Source: Chiloscyllium plagiosum (lineage: Eukaryota). Taken from it: 64,000 bases of DNA. Below the pieces are notes generated by a model. It searched no databases. It was given only the letters and a program-made list of their open reading frames with translations, and had not been told where the DNA came from. The translations under genes and the position numbers were made by a program. Below, piece after piece: positions 49,840 to 62,849 of this stretch. The stretch is from positions 75,213,859 through 75,277,858 of the forward strand of contig NC_057718.1 of NCBI RefSeq assembly GCF_004010195.1, in the 5' to 3' direction. Each line of letters opens with the position of its first letter. Position 1 is the stretch's first letter.

Positions 49840-52222
49840 AATTCAGAGACTTGAAGTTTGTCATAGTTGCCAGCAAACCTCACCAAAGCCAAGAGGGACA
49901 ACCTTTGGTTAGGGATTTGCACCACAGAATTAAATGAGGGGTTACACTAGCGATTTTCCTGTCCTCTGGGACCCTCCCTGACTCCAGTGATACCTGAAAG
50001 ATCACTACGAAAGCCTCCACTATCTAATCAGCTGTCTCCTTCAAAGCTCAAGGGCAGAGGTGGGGAACCTGCAGGCTTTAGGCCACATGCGGCCTTCTAG
50101 GCCATTGTGTGTGGCCTTTTGAATGAATCCAAATTTTGCAGAACAAATCTTTTATTTTTTATTAATATGTTTTTTGTCCTTTATTATTTTTATTTTAATC
50201 TTAAAATGAATGTATGTAAAATACCAGAGAGTAAAACAAAATTCAACAAAATAATCCTCACAGATTGACCGCCACAATTAAAAAATTGATAAATCATAAG
50301 GGCTATTTTGACACCTGCTATGTTCATGATTTAGTTACAATGCAACTCTAGAATGTACGTTATCTTCCCCGCCTGACTGGTGCCACTACCACCCGAGGCT
50401 GGTTGGCGAGAGCCTGTGGGTATCCAGTACGCCAGTCAAGATATAGAATTGAAGAATATGTAATTGAAGTTTCTTGGATGTGGCCTTATTGGATTACAAC
50501 TAACATAATGCAGCCTTCCAACATGAAAAGGTTCCCCACCTCTGCTCTAGGGTGTAGCCCATCTGGTCCAGGTGATTTTTCCACTTTCAGACCTTTCAGT
50601 TTTTCTAGCACCTTCTCCTTGGTGATGGCCTCCATACTCATCTCTGCCCCCAACTCTCTTGAATTTTTGTGATATTACATTTGTCTTCCACCGTGAAGAA
50701 TGATACAAAGTACTTATTCAGTTCCTCACCCATCTTTGCTCCCCATTATTACTTCTCCAGGGTCATGTTCCAGTAGCCCAGTGACCCATTTTGCCTGTCT
50801 TTTGCCCTTTATATATCTCAAGAAACTCTTGCAATCTTTTTTAATATTACTGGCTAGTTTACCCTCATATTTAATCTTCTCTCTCCTTATTTCTTTCTTC
50901 TTTGTCCTCTGTTGTAGGCTTCCCAATCTCTGGTGTCCCACTGCCTTTCACCACATTATTTGTTTTCTCTTTTGCTTTTATGCTATCCATGACTTTCCTG
51001 GTTGCCTCCTCCTCCCTTTAGTATGCTTCTTTTTCCTCAGGATGAATCTCTACTGTGTCTCACGGATTACTCCCACAAACCCCTGCCACTGCTGTTTCCT
51101 GCTGGGCTCCTCTCCCAGTCAATTCTGGTCAGCTCCTCCCTCATGCCTCTGTAATTGCCTTTACTTAACTATAACACCATTACATCTGATTCTACATTCT
51201 CCTTCTCAAATTGCAAAGTAAATTTGATCATGTTATGATCACTGCTTCAGAAGGGTTCCGTCACCTTAAGCTCCCTTATCAAGTCCGCCTCATTATACAA
51301 TACTAAATCCAGTATTGCCTGTTCCCTAGTGAGGTACATCACAAGCTGCTCGCAAAAGACATCTCAGAGACATTCCACAAATTCGTTTTCTTGCAATCCA
51401 CTACCCACCTGATTTTCCCAATTCACCTGCATATTGAAATCCCCCATGATCACTGTAACATTGACTTTATTACTTGCCTTTTCTATCTCTTGGTGAATCT
51501 TGTGCCCCAAATCCTGACTACTGTTTGGAGGCCTGTAAATAATTCCTGTTATGGTATTTTTCACCTTTGCGGTTCTTCAACTCTACCCACACAGATTCTA
51601 CATCATCTGACCCTACATCATTTCTTGCTACTGATTTAATTTCATTTCTTACTAATATGTCAACCCCACCCCATCTGCCCACCTGCCTTTTTTTAATAAG
51701 GTTTGTATCCTTGGATATTTAGTTCCAAGTCCTGATCCCCTTGCGGTGATGCCTACCACATCATACTTGCCAATTTTGATCTGTGCCACAAGCTCATTTA
51801 CCCCTGTGTGCATTTAGATACAACACCTTCAGTCCTGTATTAACCATCCCTCTTCTCATTATCGTTTGTTTATCCAGTATGTATGCAGTTTCATTCCTAA
51901 CCCTTTCCAAACACTTTGTCCTATTTTGTGTACTGGAGACTTTAATAACTTCTCCTGAGTTCTCCTTTCTTTTCATTTTCTTTCATATTTTTCCATGCAG
52001 TTGAATCCACCCCACAGATGTTAATCTGTAGCTTTGCTCTCCATTGGTTATCATACTTCTTGGAGTTTTGCCCTTCCCTTCCCCCCACTTGCTAGTGTAA
52101 AGTCCTGTTGATCACTCTATTTATCATTTTTGCTGGATCACTGGTCCCAGTTTGGTTCAGGTGGAGACTGTCCCAACAATGCAGATCCCTCCTCTTCCAA
52201 TACTGGTGCCAGTGCCCCAGTC
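49840..52222 (-). mobile_element. CR1-group LINE (end of ORF1, endonuclease, linker)
   Basis: LKVLYLNA (ORF 51794), GIIYRPPNS..IMGDFN (ORF 51364) and LASNIKKDCKSFLRYIKGKR (ORF 50726). Confidence 0.9.
50055..50544. mobile_element. hAT (Charlie-type) MITE
   Basis: Perfect 16-bp TIR cagaggtggggaacct (50055-50070 / 50529-50544) and 8-bp TSD ctcaaggg / ctctaggg. Confidence 0.92.
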
Positions 52223-52924
52223 AAGGTAACTGTTAGTCAGTGGGTTTTAGTAGAAATTGGGGGCAAGCCTGTCCCCAGAAATGGAAACAAAGATGTCAAG
52301 GAAGGGAAGGGAAGAGGCAGAGATGGACTAGGTGAAGGTGAGAGGAAGGTGAAAATTGGAAGCAAAATTGATACATTTTTCCAGTTCCAGACCAAGCAGG
52401 GAAGCAGACTCAATAATATCATCGATATACCAGGGAAACTGTTGAGGGGAGGCTTCCAAGTAAGACTGGAGCAAGGAATGCTTTACAAACCCCACAAAGT
52501 GACAGGTTTAACTGGAGCCCATGTGGGTACTCACTGCCACACTTTGATCTGAAGAAAGTGAGAGGAATTAAAACAGAAGTTGTTCAGGTGAGGATGAGCT
52601 CAGCCAGGTGGAGTAGGACAGTGGTGGATAGGGATGGTTCCGGCCTTCTTTCTCATGAGCTGGGGTCTGTAGTGGGGAGATCCCTACAATAGATAAGATT
52701 GGTGACATCTGTGGACACGATGGCCTGATGCTGGATGATAGGGGCATGAGAGATAGGAGGAGGTGTCCTAAAGCTGGTACTCAGCCTCCTCAATGTACAG
52801 GTCAGTACACCAGACAGCAAGTCAGCAGGCTTGATTACAAAGTCAGGATTAGATTTGAGAACATTGGGTGAAGAATGTTTAGAGAGAGAGGTTCAAATGG
52901 GTGAGGCAGGGTGAGAAATTAAGG

Positions 52925-54000
52925 TGCTGAAAATGTGTTGCTGGAAAAGCGCAGNNNNNNNNNNNNNNNNNNNNNNNNNNNNNNNNNNNNNNNNNNNNNN
53001 NNNNNNNNNNNNNNNNNNNNNNNNNNNNNNNNNNNNNNNNNNNNNNNNNNNNNNNNNNNNNNNNNNNNNNNNNNNNNNNNNNNNNNNNNNNNNNNNNNNN
53101 NNNNNNNNNNNNNNNNNNNNNNNNNNNNNNNNNNNNNNNNNNNNNNNNNNNNNNNNNNNNNNNNNNNNNNNNNNNNNNNNNNNNNNNNNNNNNNNNNNNN
53201 NNNNNNNNNNNNNNNNNNNNNNNNNNNNNNNNNNNNNNNNNNNNNNNNNNNNNNNNNNNNNNNNNNNNNNNNNNNNNNNNNNNNNNNNNNNNNNNNNNNN
53301 NNNNNNNAGTCCTTCTTCAGGAATGAGGAAAGTGTGTCCAGCAGGCTAAGATAAAAGGTAGGGAGGAGGGACTTGGGGGAGGGAGTCGGACATGTGGTAG
53401 GTGGGAAGAGGTCAAGGTGAGGGTGATAGGTCAGACTGGGGTGGGGGCGGAGAGGTCAGGAAGAAGATTGCAGGTTAGGAAGGCGGTGCTGAGTTCGAGG
53501 GATTTGACTGAGACAAGGTGGGGGGAGGGGAAATGAGGAAACTGGAGAAATCTGAGTTCATCCCTTGTGGTTGGAGGGTTCCTAGGCGGAAGATGAGGCG
53601 CTCTTCCTCCAACCGTCGTGTTGCAATGGTCTGGTGATGGAGGAGTCCAAGGACCTGCATGTCCTTGGTGGAGTGGGAGGGGGAGTTGAAGTGTTGAGCC
53701 ACGGGGTTCCTCAACGTTTCCAGAAAAAACTTTCATGTACTTACCCCCACACTCTGGGTTCCTCAACTTTTCCAGACTTGACCTCCTTCCACCTATCGCA
53801 TTTCCAACGCCCCTCCCCCAAGTCCCTCCTCCCTACCTTTTATCTTAGCCTGCTGGACACACTTTCCTCATTCCTGAAGAAGGGCTTATGCCCGAAACAT
53901 CGATTCTCCTGCTCCTTGGATGCTGCCTGACCTGCTGCGCTTTTCTAGTAACACATTTTCAGCTCTGATCTCCAGCATCTGCAGTCCTCACTTTCTCCCC
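52925..54000. mobile_element. Large young PLE fold-back element, family A, with a GIY-YIG C-terminal fragment
   Basis: Exact 13-bp TSD tgagaaattaagg (52912-52924 / 54001-54013), inverted arms, ORF 53475-53714 (PVAQHFNSPSHS..RRLEEERLIFRLGTLQPQGMN). Contains the gap 52955-53307. Confidence 0.9.
53874..53901 (+). ncRNA. Minimal hammerhead ribozyme motif (family A)
   Basis: CUGAAGA-A-GGGC uuau GCCC-GAAAC-AUC. Confidence 0.7.
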
Positions 54001-54229
54001 TGAGAAATTAAGGCGACCAATGCTACACCGACAGTTCCTGATGAGCAGGTCAAGTGCTGGTAAAAGGCCAGAGAGAGAGGTTCAGGTGGAGAGAGAGTAT
54101 TGGAGGTGGGTGAAGGGATCTGTGGGATGCAGAGAGGCTTCCTGTCCACCGAAATGGGCACAAAGGTGAAGGCAGCAGAAGAAGAGTTCAAAGTCAATGT
54201 CATGTTCCAGATATCCTAACTGCTGTGTG

Positions 54230-55000
54230 AAGTCCATTCATTCTTTCAGTTTCTCCACCACCCCCCCATCTGTTCTCATGTTTCCACTTTTCTCCTGATA
54301 TATCTTCCTTTTTCTAAACTGGGGATTCCCACCACCAAACTCTTGACATGATCCTCGATCATGTCTATCCCTTTTCCAATATTTTTGCTCTTATCCCTTC
54401 CTCTCCCTCCCAGTACTAGAATAGATTTCCCACTTTCCTCACCTTCCACTCCACTACATTCAATATCCTCTACCTTTTCCACCACGTCCAATGTAATGTC
54501 ATCAACAAACATATCTTCCACTTATCTCCCTTCCAGTCATTCCGAATAAATCATTCCCTCCACCCCTCAGTTACTTCTCAAGTCCCCTCTCCTTCCCATC
54601 GTACCTGTGCATGTAAGAGTTGAAACACTTGCCTTTTATATCTTCCCTTCACACTGTTCATCATCCCAAATACTCTGATTAGGTTAAACAGTGACTTGTG
54701 TACATTTCTTTCAATTTATCACACTGTATTTGTGGCTCTAATGTGCTCTGTGTTTCACTAAATAGACAAAATAAAGATTGGAATGCAGATTTGTGGATCA
54801 CCTCCATTCAGTTCACAAGCATGCACAGAGCTTCCAATAGCTTGCCATTTTAATTCTCCACATGCTGTCACTGTTATTTCTATCTCAGTCACCCAGTATT
54901 TCAACAAAGCTCAGCCTAAGATCAAAGAACAGCTCAGTTAGGCACTCTACAGATTTGCAGTCAACATTGTGTTTAGTAATGATAACCTACAATCTCTGCC
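54230..55000 (+). mobile_element. Old Penelope-like 3' fragment
   Basis: Collinear with 19250-19790 and with the reverse of 56820-57290. Confidence 0.6.
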
Positions 55001-55284
55001 TCCATTTTGATTCTCCTTTCTCAGTTAGCATTGATTTTACAGTTTCAGCTTTGTATTTTTGCATGACAGCTGTTCATCATTCTGCCATTTGCAGTTCTTT
55101 CAGACTAATCTTTTCTTTCTTTCCTTGTCCATTGCCAACTCTCTTTGCCCTTCACCACAAAATCTTTTGTCATTTAATCTCACCTGTATTTCTAATCACA
55201 AACATTACCCTTTGTTCTTTTTCTTCCTCACCCATTATCTTTCACCTGCTTAAAGTCTGTTTTACTTCATTGGCTTTTAAGGGT

Positions 55285-56105
55285 CAATAAATATCCCACA
55301 TTAGGCTACTTAATAAAATAAAAGGCATGGAGGTAGTATGTTAGCAGAGATAGATGATTGGCTAACTAATAGAAGTCAAAGAGAGTGGGATAACTGGTCA
55401 GTTTTATGGTGGCAATGTATAATTAGTGGTGTGCCACAGGGATCAATGCTGGGTTCATAGTTAATGACTTAGATGAGGAAAATGAATGCACTGTAGCCAA
55501 TTTTGTAGATGACACAAAAAGGGTGGGAAGACTAATGTTGAGGATGACACCAAGAGTTTACAGGGGGATACAGACAGGATAAGAGAGTGGAGAGAAATGT
55601 GGCAGATGGAATATAATGTGGGAAAATATAAGATTATGCACTTTGGCAGTAAGATTAGAGAAGCTGAATATTACTTAAAAAGGGAATAACTACAGAAAGC
55701 TACAGAACAGAGGAATTTACGAGTCCTCATCCACGAATCATAAAAGTTCAGTGGATAATAGGGAAGGCAAATGGAATGTTGGACTCATGGGAGAATTCAG
55801 GACCAGATGGCATAATCTCAGAATTTGGGGTCGCACATTTAAGACAGAGATGAGAAGAAATTTCTTTAGTCAGAATTGAATGTGTAGGATTCTTTAACAC
55901 AGAGGACTGTTGATGCTGGGGCATGAAGTATATTCAAGGCTGAGATAGACATGTTATTATTAATCAGGAAGGGCATCAAAGGTTATGAGGAAAAGGCAGG
56001 ACAGTGGAGTTGAGGATTATCAGATCAACCACAATCTTATTTGAATGATGAATTAGACTTGATGGACTAAATGACATACTTCTGCTCCGACATTTTATGG
56101 TCTTT
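55285..56105 (+). mobile_element. CR1-group LINE RT and 3' UTR, internally deleted
   Basis: SGVPQGSMLG, ANFVDDTK (FADD-like) and WQMEYNVGK motifs. Confidence 0.85.
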
Positions 56106-56495
56106 CAGATTCCCAGAAATGGTTTTACTTTTTTATATTATTGCACTTTAGCTATTGGAGTACTGTATATACATTTATATTACTGTAAGGACTTTCAGAA
56201 GGACATGACTGGGCAGACATATTGAACAGAATATTAACTGCTGAATGGAGCTGGGTCAGAGAGTGGAACTGAATGGGAAACACAACATGATCCTGCCCAC
56301 GTCCAGGTTTGACCCAACTTTTGAGCAGCTGTCAGGAAAAATCATAAAAATATGCAAGTATGAAATGAGCTATGAATTTAATCATGCATTCTGACTTTAA
56401 CAACCAATGCACAAATTCCTGGAGTTCTCTGTATCTTACCAGGATCACAGAGGTTAATGCTCAGAGGGCAGAGATTGCTTAATAAAACTGCTAGA

Positions 56496-57349
56496 GACAA
56501 AGAAACTGCAGATGATGGAATCCAAAGTAGATAGGCAGGAGGCTGGAAGAACACAGCAAGCCAGGCAGCATCATGCGGGAGAGAAGTCGACGTTTCAGGT
56601 GTAACCCTTCTTCAGGCCTGGGGGTGGGTGCAGGGGGAGCTGCAAATAAAGGGGGTGGCAGGGACAGGGTGGTGAAGTGGGGTTAGGTGAAAACAGGTAG
56701 AGGGTATGACCTGGTTGGTCAATGAAAGGAATTAATCCAGTTGGTGGAAGGGAGCAGTGGAAGGGAGGGTAGGGGCGCTGGGAAGGGAGTCAGGGGATGG
56801 GAAGGGAGATTATTTGAAATTTGAGAATTCAATGTTGAGTCCTCCCGGCTGTAGGCTGCCCAGGCGGAAGATGGGATGTTGTTCCTCCAATTTGCTGTTT
56901 GGTTCATTGTGGAAATGGAGGAGGCCAAGGATGGTCATGTTGGAAAGGGATCGGGAAGGGGAATTAACATGGGCGGTGACTGGGAGGTCCGGTCAGCCTC
57001 TGCGGGCCCTGCTGAGATGTTCAGTGAAATATTCCCTAAATTTATGTTTGCTCTCCCCAATGGAGAGAAGACCACAAAGGGAGCAACTGATGTTGTAAAC
57101 TAGGTTGAAAGAGAGGCAGGTGAACCCCTGTTTCACCTGGAAGGACTGCTTGGGACCCTGGATGGCAGTGAGGGGGGTGGCGTACTGGCAGGTTTTGCAT
57201 CTTTTCGGGTTGCAGGGGAAGGTACCTGGGGGTTTGGGGTGATTGATGGGGTGAGTGGTGCGAACCAAGGATCATTGACGGGAATGGTCAATGATTAACC
57301 TCCTGATGTTGCCTGACTTGCTGTGTTCTTCCAGCCTCATGCCTGTCTA
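56496..57349 (-). mobile_element. Penelope-like element 3' portion (Cys linker and GIY-YIG) with an inverted 5' pLTR
   Basis: ORF 56993-57268 (FPCNPKRCKTC..FTCLSFNLVYNISCSLCGLLSIGES..FTEHL). pLTR at 56496-56615 and an inverted copy at 57300-57349. Confidence 0.9.
56589..56615 (-). ncRNA. Minimal hammerhead ribozyme motif, intact core
   Basis: Minus strand CUGAAGA-A-GGGU uac ACCU-GAAAC-GUC. Confidence 0.7.
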
Positions 57350-57934
57350 ATAAAGATTGTGGCCTGCCGCAGTAAAAGGCTCATACATGCAGAATTGGTT
57401 ATCAGAGCCTGAAATCACAGCTTTGAGGGTACCCTTCAAATTTTTATAAATACTTTCAACTACTTTCGATCATTCTCAGATTATTCATAGATATTTTGAA
57501 AGGAGAGGAAGTTAGGAACAGGTAGACAGATATCTCTCAAGTTATGATAAGTTGGAGGAGTACATCATCATTTTAACCTGACTACTCCAGCAAAAATAAA
57601 AATACTTTTTCAGTTACATTTTCTATATCAGATTGTGAAGAAAAAGATCCAGCACAGAAATGTTTTAATAATCACAATTCTGGGTTTATTATCAAAGCAA
57701 AAGTTGCTTACTAGAAATGCAATAATTGGTTAACATCACGCAAACAGTAATATAGAAATATAGAATCACATTAACCATACCCAAAGACACACATGCACAC
57801 ACAAGGCAAAATGAATAAAAGGAAACAGATTTCTCTGCAGATGTTGGTTTTCAGGGAAAGAAAACTTCAGCCAATGGGTTATTCTTGAAGGCAAATGGTT
57901 AAAGCCAGAAAGCAAAAGCAGAATAATGTGAATG

Positions 57935-58085
57935 CTAGACGTTGGAAATAAAACAAAAGAACAGAAAGTGCTGGAGGAATTCAGCAAGTTTGGCAGCAAC
58001 TGAGAGAGAGAAGCAGAGCTATTTCTCACATTAGAGATGTTACTAGACCTGCTGCGTTCCTGCAGCACTTTCAGTTTTTATTTTT
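57935..58085. mobile_element. Old internally deleted PLE fold-back element, family C
   Basis: gaaagtgctggaggaattcagcaag ... ctgctgcgttcctgcagcactttc inverted arms. Confidence 0.6.
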
Positions 58086-58171
58086 GATAAAGCACGGTAT
58101 GTGTTTAAGAGACTGATATCCATATGTTGAATTAGATAGCAAAAGACTTTCAGAGATTATCAAGTGTTTTA

Positions 58172-58492
58172 TTAGGTTAGATTACTTACAGCGTGGAAAC
58201 AGGCCCTTCGGCCCAACAAGTCAACACCAACCCTCCGAAGAGCAACCCACCCAGACCCATTCTCCTACATTTACCCCTTCACCTAACACTACGGGCAATT
58301 TAGCATGGCCAATTCACCTGACCTGCACATCTTGTGGGAGGAAACCAGAGCACCCAGAGGAAACCCATGCACACACAGGGAGAATGTGCAAACTCCACAC
58401 AGACAGTTGTCTGAGGCGGGAATTGAACCTAGGTCTCTGGCGCTTCAAGGCAACAGTGCTAACAGTGCCACTGTGCCACCTATGGTGCCACC
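58172..58492 (-). mobile_element. HE1-type V-SINE
   Basis: Reverse complement of 21213-21535. Confidence 0.9.
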
Positions 58493-60649
58493 AAGGTATT
58501 GTAAACCTTTCGAGTACAGCTGAAACATCTGTATCAACCATTCCCTACTGGACCTTGCCCAGTCCAGAGCCAACATGTTCTTTTTGAAGATCTATCACCA
58601 AATTGCCCAATTAATCAACTAAGCAGGTGACAGTTAGCAAGCATGGCCCAGGGCAGTGCAATAATAACAAAAAGATGAAGGAAGGTTTGGGTTACATCAA
58701 AATAGTGTTGGAGGGAGAGAAAATGCACCCCTCTCCCTTGCAGTGCCTACCTCTATCTGACAGTTTTGAAAGCGTTGATGGGCAACCCAAGTTCACTGTC
58801 CAAGGACACCTGAGCACAAATATGGCTGCTGAAAAAAGTGAGCAGTTCTGCTGAGCTTCCTAGTGTCCTGCCAATCACTGCATTTTCCCTTGTCTTGATC
58901 TTTCTTCCAAAGCTCATCATCTCACTTTTATCATGGTTAAATTCCATCAGCCTGTTCAAGAACATCACACTCCATCTTCTTGAATTCTGTACTTACATCC
59001 TCCTTTTCCCTTTTAAAGACAGATGTGAAGTACTCATTTAACACTCTTCCAGTATCTTCTGGCTTCACACACAGATTGCCCCCTTAGTTGCTAACAGGCC
59101 CTAATCTTCTCAGCAATGAGAAACTATAGCATCTTCCATAGCCAACTGCCTAGACATATAGATGGCGACTTTAGTCAATGCACCTAACTCTTTTATTTTA
59201 AAATCATCACCAAATCACCTGTGTCACCATTTAATACAGCAAGTTACAAGCACTGCCCACCAGCTGAAGTGCAACAATGAGAGAGAAGGGTTGGAAGAGA
59301 GGGAAGAGATTAAATTTGCTTGGAATTGGAAGAGGAAATAAGGTGCTTCAACCCCTGCAGTAGCCACCTCTTTCTGAAGGCATCAAGAATGTTGGTGGAC
59401 ACCACATACTCCCTTTCCAAGGACACCAGTGCATGAATATAGCCATGGAAGACAGCAGGCAGTTGGGAAATTAGACTTCCTCACAGACTGCTACTTGGAC
59501 TTGTTGATGACTGCTTTGGCCAGACCCGGATGCAGGCCCAAGAGGAAACCATCTGACTTGCCAGCTCCCCTCGCCATCTGGTTAAATCCAGCTCTTCTTT
59601 TTTTTAGTTTGGTCAGAAGGCTTGCTGAGATTAAACAGCTATTTTGCAACTGTCTTAACAGTGAAAGAGATGAATGACATCCCAGAAATACACATAAATT
59701 AAGGGGTAAGAAGGAGGAAGGAATTTAAACAGTTGCAATAATTGTGGAAACAATACAAAGAAAAATATAGGAACTAGAAGCTAACAAGTCTCTGAATGGA
59801 CTTAATCCTAGAGTTTTTTAAAAAAGCAGCATTTGAGCTATGTACACCCAATGTATTGGTTTTAATTTTTAAAAATTCCCAGGGTTTTGAAATGGTGCTA
59901 CTAGATTGGAAAACAGTAAAACAGTTCCTCTATGCAAGAAATGCTGGAATCTATTATTAAGGAGGTTTTATTTGTATCCATTTATATTCGTATCTATTCA
60001 TATTCATATCTATTCTTAAATGAAGAGACCAAAACCATGTGAGGGACTCTAGATGTGATTTTACCAATGTCCTGGACAAGTGTAGCAAGACATCTTTACT
60101 CTTATATTCTATTTCTGTTGCAAAAAATGGCAATTCCATTTGTCTTCCTAATCACTTGTTGTACCAGATTTTAACTTTATTTGCTTCATTCACTCAGGGC
60201 TCTTTGTATCTCAGAATTCTACAAAGTTTCTCTCATTTTAAGTAATATGCCACTTTTCTATTCTTCCTGACAAAGTAGATAAATGTGCACTCACCAATAT
60301 TAACTTCATCTGCCCACTCACTGAACATATCTAAAACCAACAGATTCCTTAGCCCAGATCTTCTAATTACAGTCAGAACACCTACACCCAGATGATATTG
60401 GGTGCCAAAAATGCACACTTATCTTGAGGTTTTTTGCTGCCTTTTCCAAGTCAAGTAGATTTGAAGGGAATTAGGGCCATATCCCTAATAATGTAACTGG
60501 AGCTGGGAACGGCCTGTTTAAGTAATACAATCAATTCTTTAGACAGAAAGCAAACCTGTGTCAAGTTTCTGCAGCAATTCTTAGATTTCACAATAGTTTA
60601 GTTTACATATAATTTCTAAATTTAATGTTATTCCTCTTAATGTAAAATA

Positions 60650-60732
60650 TCAGAAGTCAAGGCACCAAGTTATAGTCCAATAGGCTTATTTGATATCACA
60701 AGCTTTTGGTGCGCTGCACCTTCATCAAGTGA
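60650..60732 (-). mobile_element. PLE pLTR fragment, family B
   Basis: caccaagttatagtccaa..agcttttggtgcgctgcaccttcatca, similar to 22750-22820. Confidence 0.6.
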
Positions 60733-61679
60733 ACTCTTAATATAAGTTTAACTTTATTTTAACGTTTATTCTAAGTATTCAATGTCATTGTTATTTAACC
60801 ATTTTTAAATTGATTAGTAGTTAGCTATTTTACACATTGTTACTAAATGGTTATATATTAACTTGCTGAAAATACTCAGTTTGTCTGTGGAGGCTGGCAT
60901 ACAGGGGATGTCAATAAGGAAGATAACTCAAAACTGCAGCGATCAAGATATGAATGTTCTGTTTATTGATGTCTGTCAATGTCTACCTGGGATAATGGAT
61001 CAATGCCAGAAAAAATTGCATGATCTGATATGTGAGTATATCTGTTTGCATATGTATAAATGTCCTTACAATGTTACTAGTATTAACGTTGATCATTAAG
61101 TGCCTCAGAGCATTGACCTTTAGAAGTTCACAGAAGTCATAAGATGTGTGACAAGACAGGACAGCATGATTTCATTTAAATTTTCATGTCTTCTTTCTGG
61201 CATTGCTGACTCAATGCACTGGAAGGATTTTTGACTAAAGCTGCAGGGCCATACAGCAAAGGTTCGCAAACAGCAAAAGTTCAGAAGGTGCCTTCTTGGC
61301 CATTCCGTTTCCAATATATGATAACAAGTGGAGATTCAGGCTTGGACATGAATAAAGATGATGGGATACTCTAGTCTAAGGCTTATAGTATTGGGAGAAG
61401 AGTTAAATTGTAACAAAGAATAACTATGTTTTATTTCTCCTCTGACAAAAGCCACGGACACGTCAGATGGCAATGTAGCTCAGTTTGTTCCATTGTCCAA
61501 GATATCTGAAACAGGTGGGGATGGGACAGAGGCATTCTGAAGCAATGCAGTTGAAGAGGGAAGATATTGTGTTGAGGGTGACATTTCTGTCTCTGAGGGT
61601 AGTGATGATCGTAACAATTCATTGATCATTTTAAATGTAATAGTGTTTGAGGAGGGCATGGCTTGTGATGCTTTGTCTG

Positions 61680-61762
61680 TATCAGAGTCGAGAGTGCGGT
61701 GTTGGAAAAGCACACCAGGCCAGGTAGCATCCGAGAAGCAGGAGAATCGACATTTTGGGCAA
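61680..61762 (-). mobile_element. PLE pLTR fragment, family A
   Basis: atcagagtcgagagtgcggtgttggaaaagcac..gcaggagaatcgacattttgggc. Confidence 0.75.
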
Positions 61763-62849
61763 CTGTAGCCTAGTATAGAGACACTGTTGCTGTCTACTTA
61801 TAACACAGACCTCATATATATAGTGGAAGGGAATGTGTCGTATTCGTATCAGAGCTGCAATATAACTTTATGATGGAATATTTTATCAGAGAATCATAAT
61901 ATATCCATAAAAAAGACTGCCCTGCATTAATCAACTTTTTAAAAATGTCTTAAGTAAAGTTTTCACCAGATTGTCTCCTGTTGACTGAACGCATAAGTCA
62001 CATAGAAAAGTTGTAACCTGAATCAATCAGGTTGACATCAATGAATGAAGTACAAAACTCTATTAAGAATTGCCTCAGTCATAAGTGAATGCAGGTCCTC
62101 ACAGTGTTTTGGCAAGTGCCACACAAGTCACCAGTCCTGTGTTGAAGTGACCTACCAGTGCTGTGGTGATTTTCATTGGCATTGACAAGGTAGCAGGCAT
62201 CGCAAGGTTCGCATAAAGTCTTCATCCAAAATGTACAGAGACATTCAATTGTATCTTTGTTGAAGGGTAGTCTCCTCACATAGCTCCTCAGACATCATTT
62301 TTGCATGTACACTCTGTGGGCTCAGTAATTGCTCCTCTGCACAACCATACATGAGCTGGACTCTCCTTTTGACCCAGTACCTGTGTGCATTCATCATCAG
62401 CAACACAACACTGGAAATTGAAACCTGAATGCTGAGGAAGAAAGTGGCAAACATATTTTCCACTAAAGGTTTCATTATAGGGATATTGGGATACTTACTA
62501 AAAGTGATTGGTAATATCGGCTATCAGCTCACTTGCATATATCGTATATCATTTAATAACAGTAAATTATAAAACACTGCACAACTCTTAACAGATATTT
62601 CAAATATGATCTCTAAAAATGTTATAAAGATCAATTACAGACACTCTTGGCACTGAAGTACATCATTTGGCATGACTGAGCAATATCCTTACCTGAAACT
62701 TTTGGCATGTCTTCAATATCATTAATTCAAAAGGACAACCTTTCACTTAATCTCACTAGCACTGAAATGTAATCTCTCAGCTATCAGTTGGAAACAATTG
62801 CATGGAGAGCTGTAAATTAACATCCCAATTGTTATCAATTGTCATTTTC

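Larger units (their letters stand above)
52225..54200 (-). mobile_element. Old Penelope-like RT fragment, split by a younger fold-back element
   Basis: Reverse strand QIKVWQ*VPTWAP (frameshifted GVAMGT.MGP region ~52510-52550). Collinear with 41050-41430. Confidence 0.7.

Noticed and set aside
52924..53354. ORFs of ~140 aa
   Set aside because: Almost entirely assembly gap.
62040..62480. Cys-rich minus-strand ORFs as an exon
   Set aside because: Weak splice sites, stops in all frames, no recognised domain. More likely part of the neighbouring decayed DNA transposon.
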